DNA of 63,928 bases, filler included, from Intoshia linei (GCA_001642005.1; 6 parts of 6 records of this genome joined end to end with filler, not necessarily neighbours in it), one strand, 5' to 3'; shown: positions 51,504 to 63,739, numbered from the whole stretch's first letter. Program-made: numbers and translations. The notes: a model not told the origin generated them from the sequence alone.

Positions 51504-52192
51504 CAGGATTTCTCAACGTGGGCTATATGGCCCATTGTGAGCCACAATGAATTTTTGGTGGGCCACAGAAAATTTTCAACATTAAAAAAAATTTGGTGTA
51601 TTAAGCCATAAAATTGTTAACAAAAACAAAATCTATAAATGCATAATGAATTTGAAATATAAATTTGGAATTATGTTTACAGATCTTCAAAATTTTGAAC
51701 CAGATGATGGAACCAGTCCTAAACTAACTGAAAAACTCTTGAACTTAATTTAATTATTCTAAGTCTTAAAAGAAGATTTGAAATTAGTAAGACGAATAGA
51801 AAAGGAAGGTGTATTTGGATTTATGGGAATTCAAGAATTAAATCCAATTGTGTTTGATAATGTTCAACCAAGCATTATTGCTTTTCCTACAACATGGCTT
51901 GTAAAAGCTGGATTTTCAGCAGTGGTCAATATTTATAGTAAGAAGAGGTAAAAATTGGATGTGAACAACCGAGGAATAATGCGATTAAGATTGAATAAAC
52001 TAATAGAAATTGATTACGATTCATTTTGCAACAAACACCAATGTCAAGGCAGTCACTAACCAGTATAAATTTAAGTAAATAAAGCATTTTACTGTAAATA
52101 AAAGTAGATATTTTAAGGTTTTTTAAGATGGGCCATGGAATTTTAGGCAAAACTTTTTTGGGCCATAACCTGAAAAAGGTTGAGAACCGCTG
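51504..52192 (+). mobile_element. Internally deleted hAT Buster/Charlie element
   Basis: TIRs CAGGATTTCTCAACGT / AGGTTGAGAACCGCTG; TSD GTATATAC / GTATATAT. Internal IIAFPTTWLVKAGFSAV is a Buster transposase C-terminal motif. Confidence 0.9.
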
Positions 52193-52439
52193 GTATATAT
52201 TATATACGGTAATAAAATATTCACAAAAATGATGAATTATAATTTTATCATTTTTAAATTCGTTTAAACTTTTAATATTATGAACTTACAAAAATTATTT
52301 TTTTACAATAGTACTATATTTAAAAAATATTTGAGTAGAAGCATCTTGAATATTTTAACCTAATTCATTTAATTCATGTTTTTTTTGAAATTATATAATT
52401 TTTTTAAAAATGATGAAAAGTTTGTCCGTGAACTGTGTC

Positions 52440-53694
52440 TAAAATAGAGGTCCACAGGAGAAATTACACATTTAGGGGGTCCACAAAAAAAATTTGGAGT
52501 ACACAGATAAATTTTGGGACAACGAAAAAAATCCATCACTAAAGTATTTTACAAAACTACGTGACAATTTTAAATCGATTAAAATGAATATCTTCAATAA
52601 TGAAGTTATCAAGAAAGATAAAGGTTTAACACCTTATGAAATTTCAAAAATTATAGCAAAAGTTTGTAAACCTCACACATTTGGAGAAACTGTAATTTTA
52701 CCAGCTATTTCTGTGGCTATTTCGACTTTAATGAATAAAAATAATATAATCCAACATATAAACAACAATAAAAATCCAATTGAATTTACTTCTCAAATCC
52801 CTCTGAGTAACTCATCAGTGTCAAGACTAAGGTGTCAATTATGCGGCCTGCGTTATAATATAAATTTTTATTTTTTATAACAATTTTTTACACCTACATT
52901 AAATACATACATGTATTTCTTATTTTACAGTTTTTTCATATATTTTTCATGATTTATTTATTCATTATTATAATTTTAACATTGTTTTTACACTTATTCC
53001 ATTTTATGAATTAAAATTATTATAAATGTATATGTATTACATATACATTATGTATATGTAATTTATATGAAAAATAATATCATGAATCAATTTGAGAAAA
53101 TAGTCATTTGTTGTATAATCCTTATGATTATTTGATTAACGTTTTCGTTTTCTTACATCATTGATCGTTATGTTTATTTATATTTTATTTTAACATGCAA
53201 TCATCATTTAAAACGTTAATGATGTTTACAGTCTACACCATTGTTTTTTAACCGGGGGGTCGTGAGAATTTGAACACAGTATGAAATATAAATAAAACTG
53301 AATATGCTTTTTTAATATTTTCATTTATGTAAATTGATAAAATGTTTGGAGTATATAGAAAATTTTAGGGTCGCGAAATTTTTTTATGTTTATAAGGGGG
53401 GTCGCGAACACAAAAAGTTGAAATACACTGGTCTACACCTTTTTCGATTCAAATTTGCACTCGTTTTATTATATTGTCAAAATTTTAACTGAAGGGTTAA
53501 CACGAAATGTATTTTAAAATAGTTGTATCAAAAAATATTTTCAATCGAAAAAACTATGGTCAAAAATTTTATAAAACAATACAAGCATCGATATATAAGG
53601 TAGCGTACGACTAAGATTTTTTTTATAATAGGGGTCCACGAATAATATAAAATAGCTAAAGGGTCCATGTACTGAAAAAGGTTGAGAACCACTG
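52440..53694 (+). mobile_element. hAT Buster element remnant (left TIR not found)
   Basis: ORF 52494-52880 has YEISKIIAKVCKPHTFGETVILPA and IPLSNSSVSR, Buster N-terminal motifs. GGTCCA subterminal repeats; right TIR AGGTTGAGAACCACTG ends at 53694. Confidence 0.78.
53239..53430. mobile_element. 192-bp hAT MITE nested in the Buster remnant
   Basis: Perfect 8-bp TSD GTCTACAC (53231-53238 and 53431-53438). Imperfect TIRs CATTGTTTTTTAAC / GTTGAAATACACTG; GGGTCG repeats. Confidence 0.88.
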
Positions 53695-53974
53695 GTTTAA
53701 AATATGCGATTTTTTTTGATTTTTTTTAATTACATTGTAATATGATTAATGTTATATCTTAAAATTATAACAAATGCATGGAAACTAGGGTGAAAAAAAT
53801 GTAAGGAAAACAGAAAAAGCCTTTTTCTTTTTTAAAAGGTAATGACGCGGGGGTATTTTGTGCGGAAAATAAAAATATTTATATCATTATGCAGCAAATT
53901 AAATAAAGATTATTGTCTATATGTCTTTCTTAAATTTAAAAAAAAAGTTAAAATTAGAATAGCCCTACTGCCCA

Positions 53975-54385
53975 TCCTTATATATAGTAAAATTTAGTGA
54001 TATGTCGGTTTGTGTAACCATTTATTTAGAAAATTAAGTCCTATAAAGTTTCAAAAATAACTATTCAAAGTCAGTTTTTTTATATGCAGAAAATAAGATA
54101 AATTTAATCTCAAAAATTGGCATCTGCCTGTCAAAAATCCAGATTACCCCTTTTTTAAAAATGAAGACTCGAAATTCTGGTAAATTTTTTAAAATTATGA
54201 ATATTATCATAAATGTCACCGTCAAAAACTTGCATTTTTACGACACTCCCAATTCTCCTTTTTGAAAAATGAAAAAAATTCTTAAAATTTTAAATTTTAA
54301 AAAAATCACAGCTAATAGTTATTTCCAGTTGTACACAAAATTTAAAAAAATGTAGTCAGACTTACGCCTTTACGGACAAAAAAAA
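53975..54385 (+). repeat. Diverged copy of the Helitron-like family
   Basis: Starts A^TCCTTATATATAG; decayed core. Confidence 0.6.
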
Positions 54386-54938
54386 TTTTAAATTTGATTT
54401 TCGAAGTTCGATAACGTGTTATGAAAATTCTCATGGTTCGTAAAATGTAATTGAAATTTTTAGTCACTGTAAATTGGTAAGATAAAAGAGTATTCCAAGT
54501 TTTAACGTAGTTAATAGACCTATTTTAGCAATAAAAAATGTTGCTTAAATTTTAAAGTAAAATTGATCATTGTTATTTGAATTATCTATAATACGGTACA
54601 ATTAAAAGTGTGATATTTGTAAATCTGCCATTTTAATAATTTAGTTATCCCTAATTAATATATTCGTCAACAATTAAAATTTAGTAAATGAAAAAAGTTT
54701 AATATAAACGAAAAAATATAATAAAAACATAAAACTACGCAACCGTAACTATGAAATAAAAACATTTTTTATAATTCAAGTTTATTGATGAGAAATATTT
54801 TAAAATCCTCTTCAATAATTGTAATTCGTTTGGTAATTAACAAATAATTGAATTTTATTAAAATTTTAAAAATTAGATACTCTTATCATTGATACTATTA
54901 TCGTGGTGGTCAGTTATAACAGTTGGTATACATTTAAA

Positions 54939-55313
54939 ATGAAATTGATTGGTCAAAGCAAATTATTTTCAAACAATGAAATGTTTGAATTATTGAAATC
55001 ATATGATACTAACAAGGATTACTTTTTAAAACCTGAAAAGAAGCACATTTTTGTATCGGAAATATTCTACGAATCTTATAAATACTTGCAAGGACGATAC
55101 CCGTCTCTAACCGATGTAAGCGATGCTACCACAGAAAAAAATAAAATTATAGATAAACTTTCTAATTTTAAATTAACCAAAGGAGAAGTTTATCAAATAT
55201 TAAATTTACAACCTCAATCATTCATTGAAATACAACTTGTTTTGGATGAATGTGATGAACGGTTTACTGAACAAGAAGTTGATTCCATTTTGTTAATATT
55301 TAAACGTGATTAA
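54939..55313 (+). CDS. CRCP: RNA polymerase III subunit RPC9 / CGRP receptor component
   Basis: Intronless. MKL..LFSNNEMFELL..YESYKYL..KLTKGEVYQILNLQPQSFIEIQLVLDECDERFTEQEV follows the RPC9/C17 pattern (LSNYEV..YETLKY..KLTKAE.LQ..N.RP...EIQL..EE.EER.TE). Confidence 0.9.
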   Translation: MKLIGQSKLFSNNEMFELLKSYDTNKDYFLKPEKKHIFVSEIFYESYKYLQGRYPSLTDVSDATTEKNKIIDKLSNFKLTKGEVYQILNLQPQSFIEIQLVLDECDERFTEQEVDSILLIFKRD

Positions 55314-55316
55314 ATT

Positions 55317-55878
55317 CTATTCATATTTTATGTAATTTTCAATTATTCTTTGATCCAACATATTGAACAGGATTGTAGCTGGTGTAACTTTTTTGTATTT
55401 AAAAATATTGAGAAATTTGTTCTTCATATTTCTTTTTCGGAGAGTAGCGTGTAAGAATGTTACTAAATGTAAAATTTATTGTTTAATTTTATTTAGACAT
55501 ACCGCATAACCAGCATAGTGATAAAAGTATGAATCCAAAAAAATATTTCGTTAAAAGCTTGATGGTCATGAGGTTGAATATGACGAGACAAATAATAAAA
55601 TATGTGCTATATCTTGTAAATGTGACTTTACCACAATAATACAACATAAATGATAATCCAAGTATTGATCCATAAAAAATAACTCCAATAGTATAAGAAA
55701 AATTAAGAAATAAGAAAAATGGCAACATTAACAAAAAAAGTAACAAATAGTTTGTTTGGTAATAGTAAATGTTGTGTATTAATCGTTCTGCAAGTTTTTT
55801 GGAATTAGGAAGTCCATAACAGGACGTGTTTCCATAAATATCTTGGAAAGTTCTTAATTCCAATAATTCAACATTCAT
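55317..55878 (-). CDS. PRA1-family protein (ARL6IP5/JWA/PRAF2-like)
   Basis: Exons 55878-55503 and 55462-55317 (40-nt intron) give MNVELLELRTFQD..RLIHNIYYYQTNY, hydrophobic hairpins, HATLRKRNMKNK and TP. Confidence 0.9.
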
Positions 55879-55912
55879 TTTGCAAGTTATGTTAAAAACA
55901 ATTGTCAATAAA

Positions 55913-56512
55913 TTAAGTTTTGATACAAATACAAGTAATTTTGGTTACGACTGGAATTATGTTATAATTATAATTGTTATTTAAGATATTCCATTGGAGA
56001 TTTAAATTAAGCGCAATGATGGCTAATTTTTTAGCCAAAGTTACAGGTAATATATTCAATGTCATGTCAATTTGGAGTTTATAATTTTTTGCGTAAACCA
56101 AGATGGAACTATTCAAAATAATCCAAGGAATGTATCTTTCATGTGTATACGAGTGTGTATCCAGAACTGGATTGTAACGAGACGAGGATATCCAAATATT
56201 ACCAAGTTTAGATTTTTGACTAAATTTTATATATTTGTCAGAAATATAGTTAACATTATATTCCTGCGTTACTATGAACAATGCAAAATATATTCAAGAC
56301 TTGTTGACGAATATAGGAGGGCAGGTCATTTTCATTTATTTATATATACAAATTGCACATTATCAAATGTGTGAAAAAAAAACCTCATAAGGATATTCAA
56401 TTGTTTTGTGAATTTTGTTATCTTTCTTAAGTCTAGTTTTAAATGTCATGATTCTGTCATTATAAAAAGTTTTATGTACTCTATGTCTATAGATCGGGAA
56501 TGTTTTGAGCCA
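55913..56512 (-). CDS. 3' exons of a hypothetical protein
   Basis: Candidate exon at about 56512-56384 (WLKTFPIYRH..EYPYE) can splice in phase to the long open frame ending ..VTKITCICIKT* at 55913. No family recognised. Confidence 0.35.
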
Positions 56513-57044
56513 CTAGTATAGTCTATAATGAATTTTATACATTATTTGGTCAATGCCAATTTTTTAAAATGGGCGCATACTTAAATCCAACCATTTTTAC
56601 TAAAAATCTAAATTTATCAACCCGTTTAACTCATCTTAAAATCCACTTATACCAACCTTAAGCAAAGATTAATAAAAAATCCCTTTTTTCCCATATTTTT
56701 TTGAAAAACATAGTGATTGTGCCTGGACAAAATTCCTGGACAATAATTTTCGGGAATTAAATTTCTTGAGATTTTTGCGATTTCCCGATATTTCCCGAAA
56801 AAAATTTAGACATACCTGTATTTGATTTATGTTTGTTATTACTATGAAAATATGATTATATNNNNNNNNNNNNNNNNNNNNNNNNNNNNNNNNNNNNNNN
56901 NNNNNTTAATTAATTAANNNNNNNNNNNNNNNNNNNNNNNNNNNNNNNNNNNNNNNNNNNNTATAAAAATAATTGATGTTAAAAATGTGTCCATACTTTT
57001 GGCCTTTTTTCTTGTTTCATAAAAAATTTTGAAAATTCTGAAAA

Positions 57045-58141
57045 TTTTCCTAAATGTAAATCAGAATAAATATAGTATGATGATTAATTACAAAAAAATT
57101 TAAAAAAACAATTGTTGTCTTATGTATTTCGGATATCATGTTCTTTTTGAAACTCATTGAGACGTCTCATCTTTATTATTTTGGACTGTTAGCTACTGAA
57201 TGTAGTTTTTCTTTTTACCATTTTATGTTAAATTTGTAACAATTATCAATAAAAAAAATAACGTTTCAGTTAATATAAATTTAATTTTATAATTTCGTTG
57301 CTGTAGTGTTAAAATTTGAAGATTATAAAAGTTTTGAAAATGAAAATTTGAAATTTAAAAATTGCGAAGGAATGAATTTTATAGATTTTCACCCATATTT
57401 CTTTACTGGAAATATGTAGACGTACAATCCACATTTTTGTTTAAATTGTAGGATCAATATTTACATTTTCAATTTTTAATTTTAATCGAAATATTTGCAA
57501 AATATTGGTTGATAATATATTAAAAATTATTTTTCACCGGGAATGCGTATATTTCTGGAGTTGAAATTTTGTATTTATATCAACTGGAATAAGCTGTATC
57601 AGAATAATTTTTTTTTTTAATTTTTGGACCCTTAATAATTTCACATTTTTGGTTTTAATAAAATAATTCAGAAAAAAAATATATGAATACTAAAATGTTT
57701 TGTCGACCGTAAAGTTGTCCATTATTCGGATTGAAATTTATTGTGTGTGTTAACATGATACAACTCTACCACCTGTAAATTTTGTGAAATTCTAGAACTG
57801 TTTTCAAAAAAAAAGGAAAAGAATTTGTGAATTTGGCCATGAAGGTATAATTTTTTTAAATTTAAATTTATGATAATGTTTATGGTTTTAAAATCCGCAT
57901 CAGCGTGTATATTTTTTTAAATTATTCTACTCGTTGAATATTCAAAAAAAGGGAGAACAATGGTTTTTGACTCTTAAGATGTGAAATTGGGAGGTTAAAA
58001 TATATCTTATTATACGTCCCGGAAAAAATTGTAATTGAAATGTGGTCTTTAAAAAATTTTAAAAGTGCTAGTTGTTTCATTAAAGTAAAACACACACAGA
58101 CTGACAAAAAAAAATCGCGTCGCCTTTTATATAAGTTAGGA
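57045..58141 (-). mobile_element. Helitron-like non-autonomous dispersed repeat (longest copy)
   Basis: Family end reads A^TCCT(T/A)A.TTATATAA..GC.ACGC..TTTGT(GT)n; shared core includes TACAGGTGGTACAGTTGTATCCTGTTAACACAC. No TIR or TSD seen. Confidence 0.7.
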
Positions 58142-58370
58142 TAAATGTCAAAAATGTTATTGCTTTTTTTTCCAATTAAAATAAAGTTTAAATTGTTGAC
58201 ATTCTATTACTAAATTATTTTTTTCCAAATCTTTGCTTATAAGCTGCTGTCAGATTCATGACATAATCACATGAAGTATTCAACATGAAATATAGAATGT
58301 TACGGCGTTACGAATTGAACTTATACATGTTCTCAATTAATATAGTTATGTTTGTAGTTGATATGGTCAT

Positions 58371-58753
58371 TAGGGTGTCACACCCATCAAAAAATCAAAG
58401 CAATTAGCACTAAAAGTGTTTATTTTTAAAATAGAAAAATTAAATCGCAATCAAAAACATATAACACTATTAATTCAAGTTGTGTTTATTATTTTAAATA
58501 TCATTGTAATAATAACATATAATATATTAATAAATATATATAAATAAAGAAAATAAAATAATAATAACATATTATGGAAAATTAAAATAGAACTTTACTT
58601 TAACGAAAATTGGCTTTGAGCTTTTTAACGTGGTACCGACTGTATAATATTGTTCTTGGTGTTTAGTTATACGGTTTATTTTTTTGGATTTTATTAACGA
58701 TTTAATTTTTCAAATTCTGACTATTTACATTATTCAAAAAATTTGACACTCTA
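58371..58753. mobile_element. hAT MITE with TAGGGTG termini (Blackjack-like)
   Basis: TIRs TAGGGTGTCA / TGACACTCTA; perfect 8-bp TSD ATGGTCAT. Confidence 0.88.
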
Positions 58754-59065
58754 ATGGTCATGTTTGCATTTGATATGGTCATATTTGTATTTGATAAGGT
58801 CATTTTTTAAAAAATTGATTGTAACGATCGTAAATCATAGACAATTGATATGAACTAAGCCTTAGCTACATCGGAGGCTAGAGTCATCAATAATCGCTCA
58901 TAAACTTACAAAAATTTAAAATTTTTTGCAATATTTCATTGATCATTCAACATATAATGTCGGTCTGAACATTATATTCAGGATAATTCTGAGCCACGGA
59001 TAGCAGTAATGAATTACTGTATTATATATATGTAAATAAAGAGTAGTAAATATGTTATATATATT

Positions 59066-59300
59066 TTAATATAATGCAAGTCTTTGAGGCACCTGTCTAT
59101 ATTTGAAATGCTGATGTCGATTGAAAATTCATCGAATACTTTTGTTTTTAGTTGTTTCAGTGTCTTCATCGACCCATCCACGAATTAAACATTTTGATGT
59201 ATCGTTAGTTCCGAAATTCTATTTGCACCACGTGGGCTACCTTCGTAATTCCCCGTTTCTAAAAATTTGTCGTCGTTCTCGGTATATTTAATAATGTTGA
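59066..59300 (-). mobile_element. IS630/Tc1-type transposase N-terminal (HTH) remnant
   Basis: Frameshifted KFLETGNYEGSPRGANRISELTIHQ / CLIRGWVDED / TLKQLKTKVFDEFSIDISISNIDRCLKDLHY. Confidence 0.7.
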
Positions 59301-60293
59301 AATCGCTATCACGGACAAACCCTCCAATGATTTGTTGCAAATTAATTTCTTTGTACGTCACATAAAATACTTAACGTATTTCTTTATATGCTGAATTCTA
59401 ATAACACCCAATGATGTTTATATGGTTTCAATATAAGCTTACATCAGAGTTGCCAGAAAGTGCGTTTATCGTACANNNNNNNNNNNNNNNNNNNNNNNNN
59501 NNNNNNNNNNNNNNNNNNNTTAATTAATTAANNNNNNNNNNNNNNNNNNNNNNNNNNNNNNNNNNNNNNNNNNNNTATTTATAAGTTTTTATAAATGTAT
59601 GTATGCAATTAAAATTTCCTAAAACGTGCGAAGTAAAATATCCAAGATAAAATTTATACTCCATGGTATAAAATATAGATACGCAATATTATACATCATG
59701 TTTGAATATTAGTTAATTCTGAATAACCTTAACATAATTTTGACGATAATTTAAATTTAAATACGAAAATCTACATATAAATCCATTTATATGAGTATTT
59801 AATTAATTAGTTAATTAAAATATAATAAGGCTCTAAAATTATTTCTTAGATTACATATTTTTAAAAATCATTTTGCTCGCTATATACAGCTTCAAATAAG
59901 GCTCACTGTTTTAGAACAATTTTATAGCTCAGAGAAAACGTAAAGTATTGTATTTTATTAGTGACACTTTGGTAAAGTAAAGGATTAGACTGTTTTTACT
60001 TTATTTTTAATATTATACACACATTCTGTCTAATAAATTAAAAAAATGCGATAACAATTGTTTTTAAATTCTTTACGCAAATGTTAACAAAACAAAACAT
60101 ATAATTCATAATAGTTAATAGTAGAATTTTTAAGTTAGATTTTCAACGTGAATTTATTTTTTTGATATAATAAAAATTGCCTTCAAGAGCTAGGTGCTGT
60201 TTGTACGTAGTACAAAACTGCCAAGCTAGTTTACTTATAAAATATATGATTATGTTAAAATGTTCCTCAATTTAAACAAAATTCAATTTTTAA

Positions 60294-60509
60294 CTTTTTC
60301 ACTGTCTGATGCAATTTTATGTACTATCACCAAACGTCTGGAATTTATGTTTTAATTTAAACTTGTATTATTTTTAAATTACCTATGTGAAAATGTATGA
60401 AAATAAAAGAATAAAGTTTTTCAAAATTATGTTGTGTATATCATAGAATACACTGACGTGTGAAGTGAAATTGCTGTGTATAGTATAGAATACACAGACA
60501 GTGAAAGGG
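60294..60509. mobile_element. piggyBac-like MITE
   Basis: TTAA-CTTTTTCACTGTCTG .. CAGACAGTGAAAGGG-TTAA; the left CCC has decayed. Confidence 0.75.
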
Positions 60510-60648
60510 TTAAAATAGAGACAATCGACTGTAGTTATTTTGACAAGTTCATCAATTGTTAACTAGCATCCATAACAATTCTTTCTAATATCTACGAAGA
60601 AGATGAAATAGTTTAAATCGACAAGAAATGAATGATTATTACATAATA

Positions 60649-61900
60649 TTATAATTTTATATTGTCATATATATCGCTCATATATGCCCGATCAAGTTGT
60701 ATAATCGTCTTTTTGGTTCGTACATCATTAGCAACCCAAAATGTCGGCTCCACGTCGCAAAAAGTCATGGCAGACACAAACGATCTAACGTTAAGATTAA
60801 AAATTAAATATAGACATACAATTAGTACAGCGGTTCCTAGCAGGATAATGTTAATATTTAGCTAACTTGGGTGTAATTTGGACCAAATTAATTACCAAAG
60901 TGGTTAAAGTGACTTCAAATAATTTAAAACAATTTTCGCATCCGAGAAATATGTACCTAATTTATTTGGAACCGCCAAGTTTTTCCACATCACAAATGAG
61001 ATGAGGGAAAGTGACTATTTTGAAAATTGTAATTTGCAAAGTAATTTACCTTGTCGCAACATCAATTTCCGGTAACAAAAAACTATTTCCAGTGTAACTA
61101 CAAACAAAATACAATTGAACTATTCGGAAAATTTCAACAACTGATTTTACAAACGGTGTTAACCATCCAAAATTGATTGCTTTGTATATTAATCGATTTT
61201 GGAATGACAATCCACCCATTATTTCGTTATCTAATGTTCGAATCTACAATTGAAATGAATAAAATTACAATTTTTGATTTTTCATGTTACAGTCGACTTT
61301 CAAGTTAAAAGTTTCAATCCCTTTCAAACTGCCCATTTTTTTCTAAAAATTATCAATTTTAAGAGAGTCGACTGTATAATGCTAATACTATTTGATCGAT
61401 GATGTATTCATAATAATTAGTTAGACATGGTTTATATGTTAATAATTTTAAAATTTTTATTTCATTGGACGATCTCGGTGATATATGATATATGAAAAAT
61501 ATTAAGTACATTAAATGTATTTGGTTTCATTTGTAAGAAATATTAAATAAAAATTATGTGGATTTAATAAACCGTCACCTTTAGAAAAGTTTCACTTTTG
61601 ACCTTGATAACATACATAACAAGTTACTAGGGTTTAAATATAGCCATAATTTCATTTACTATAATAGTTTATGGAAATGGTAGAAAATGTTGAGTAATTT
61701 TAATTACTACCAAAGTTTTTGGGAATGTACAAAACTATCAAAGCCTATATTTGGAATTTCACTGACAGAAATAAACATAAAATGGCATATAATAGTCACA
61801 ATAACCTTACGAATTAAGCTCCAATCGAATGAACAGACAGTACTATGAGAATACAAATACGGGTATTTGTGATAAAAATGTAATAATCCATTTATAATCT
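60649..61900 (-). CDS. Possible exons of an unidentified multi-exon (membrane?) protein
   Basis: Several GC-richer open segments bounded by tAG/GT (about 60861-60649, 61097-61050, 61243-61151, 61898-61806). I could not build one unambiguous frame. Confidence 0.25.
61290..61374. mobile_element. 85-bp pogo/Tc1-type MITE
   Basis: TA-CAGTCGACT .. AGTCGACTG-TA. Confidence 0.75.
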
Positions 61901-63739
61901 AAAAAGTAAATTTAAAATTGTATGAAGTTAGAAAACGCAAATAGAAAAAGTAGAAAAGCTTGATTAAAACAATTAACGCGTCCCAAAAAATGATCGTATG
62001 AAATGGGCTTGTTTTTAATTATAATCCATAATGTCAAAAAAATAAAAAACATATTTTTATAGTTTAATTGAGTTCATGGGTTCTTAACCATTTTCCTCTT
62101 TAGCACTTTTAATTCAAATTCAAATAAAATACTATTGTCATTGAACGTCTACACATTTCCAATAAATTTACAGAAAGTTTACATAAATTTCGTCAAGCCC
62201 TCGAAGTATCTCAGTATGGTAGGTTCGTCTCTCCCACTGACATATACTGTTATATTTGATGAGAATATTTAAAATACTATGCCGCTTAAAAATAAAATTT
62301 TCAGAGAAATTTTTTTTCAATATTGTCATTTCTATATAAACAAATAACATGTACCCTAAAATTGCTTTACAACCTTAAATATTTCAAACAGTTAAACAGT
62401 TATAGTTAAACCTAGATAGCTATTCAATTTTATACAAGTAAAGATTATTATATTTTTTTATAATATTACATAATTATTATTATTTTTTAAATCAAAAAAT
62501 ATGTAAATTTCTTTTTCTTGACATAACTCTATAACACTTTCCAGTGTCGGCACTTTACAAAATGTGTAATTTCTAAAATTTTAAAGATAACTTATTGATA
62601 AAATTGTATATAAAAGATTAATTATACAGTACATTTTTAAACTTTTTAACGACTTTCTCACAAATTTTATTATAATAATAACAATAAGTACTAATCTGAA
62701 AATTACATTTTGAATTTTATAATAATAATAATTTTTGAACTTTAATTATAATATACATTTATAACGGTATGCACAATTTCAAAGACTTTTAGGAGATATT
62801 AGTTAACTGTTATCGTGTAATGACAACTAAAAAATTAACCTAATTCCTTAAACACATTTTTTGATAAATGCAAGTGACCGACCAATGAGTATTTTGAACA
62901 AAATGTGAACCTATATATTGCAAAAAGTATGTGCGTGATATTTTCAAACTTTCAGAAACCATCCGAACTGATTGTTATTAAATTTAAAAATCATCAACAA
63001 TATTTTCACTGTTACTAAAGAATGATAATACACATGTACTGTATTAATACGGTTAATAATAATATAAATAATTACGTATTTATATTTTTAAATTTGCTAC
63101 CCGCATTCAATTTTTCTAATTCGGCTAATGTAAAAGTGTTTACATTTCCGTAACCTTTATATAAATAACAATTAAATACATATTATATCATTTTCGTTTT
63201 ACTACAGTACGTTTCCCAAATGTATAGTTCCACGGAAGCTAAAAACGATTCTCCAGAAAATGAAGAATATGAGCCCTAATATGGACTCACCATTAGTTTA
63301 AATAACAAGTATGACTAATTATAACCTTCATTTTTATTTGTTTTTAATTTTAAATAAAAAATTATACTGTAACTACATTTAAGAATATATTGTTATGTTA
63401 CTGTCAAATTAAACAAAAATATATAACGGAACATACTGCATTTGCCTAGATTTTTCTATTAATTATTAAAATTTTTATAGGCATAATTTATACACAAATG
63501 CAGTTATTAGTTAATTATTTTCATAAAATTGATTTTTTAACAACAGAATAATTATATTTAATCAGGTTATGAAGACGAGAGGTTGTAAGTTAAAACTAAT
63601 GACTTTTTGAATAATTTTCGTGATTAGTAAAATTAGTAAGTATTAATATTTGTAATATATAAAATATTTGTTGCATAGAATGTGTATAACTGTGAATTGT
63701 CTAAATTAAAATTAATTTTAGTTTAATTTTGGGTTTTAG

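Noticed and set aside
63208-63279. Possible terminal exon YVSQMYSSTEAKNDSPENEEYEP* (+), or ATG^GTGAGT first exon (-) at about 63293
   Set aside because: Neither could be linked to other exons in a consistent frame.
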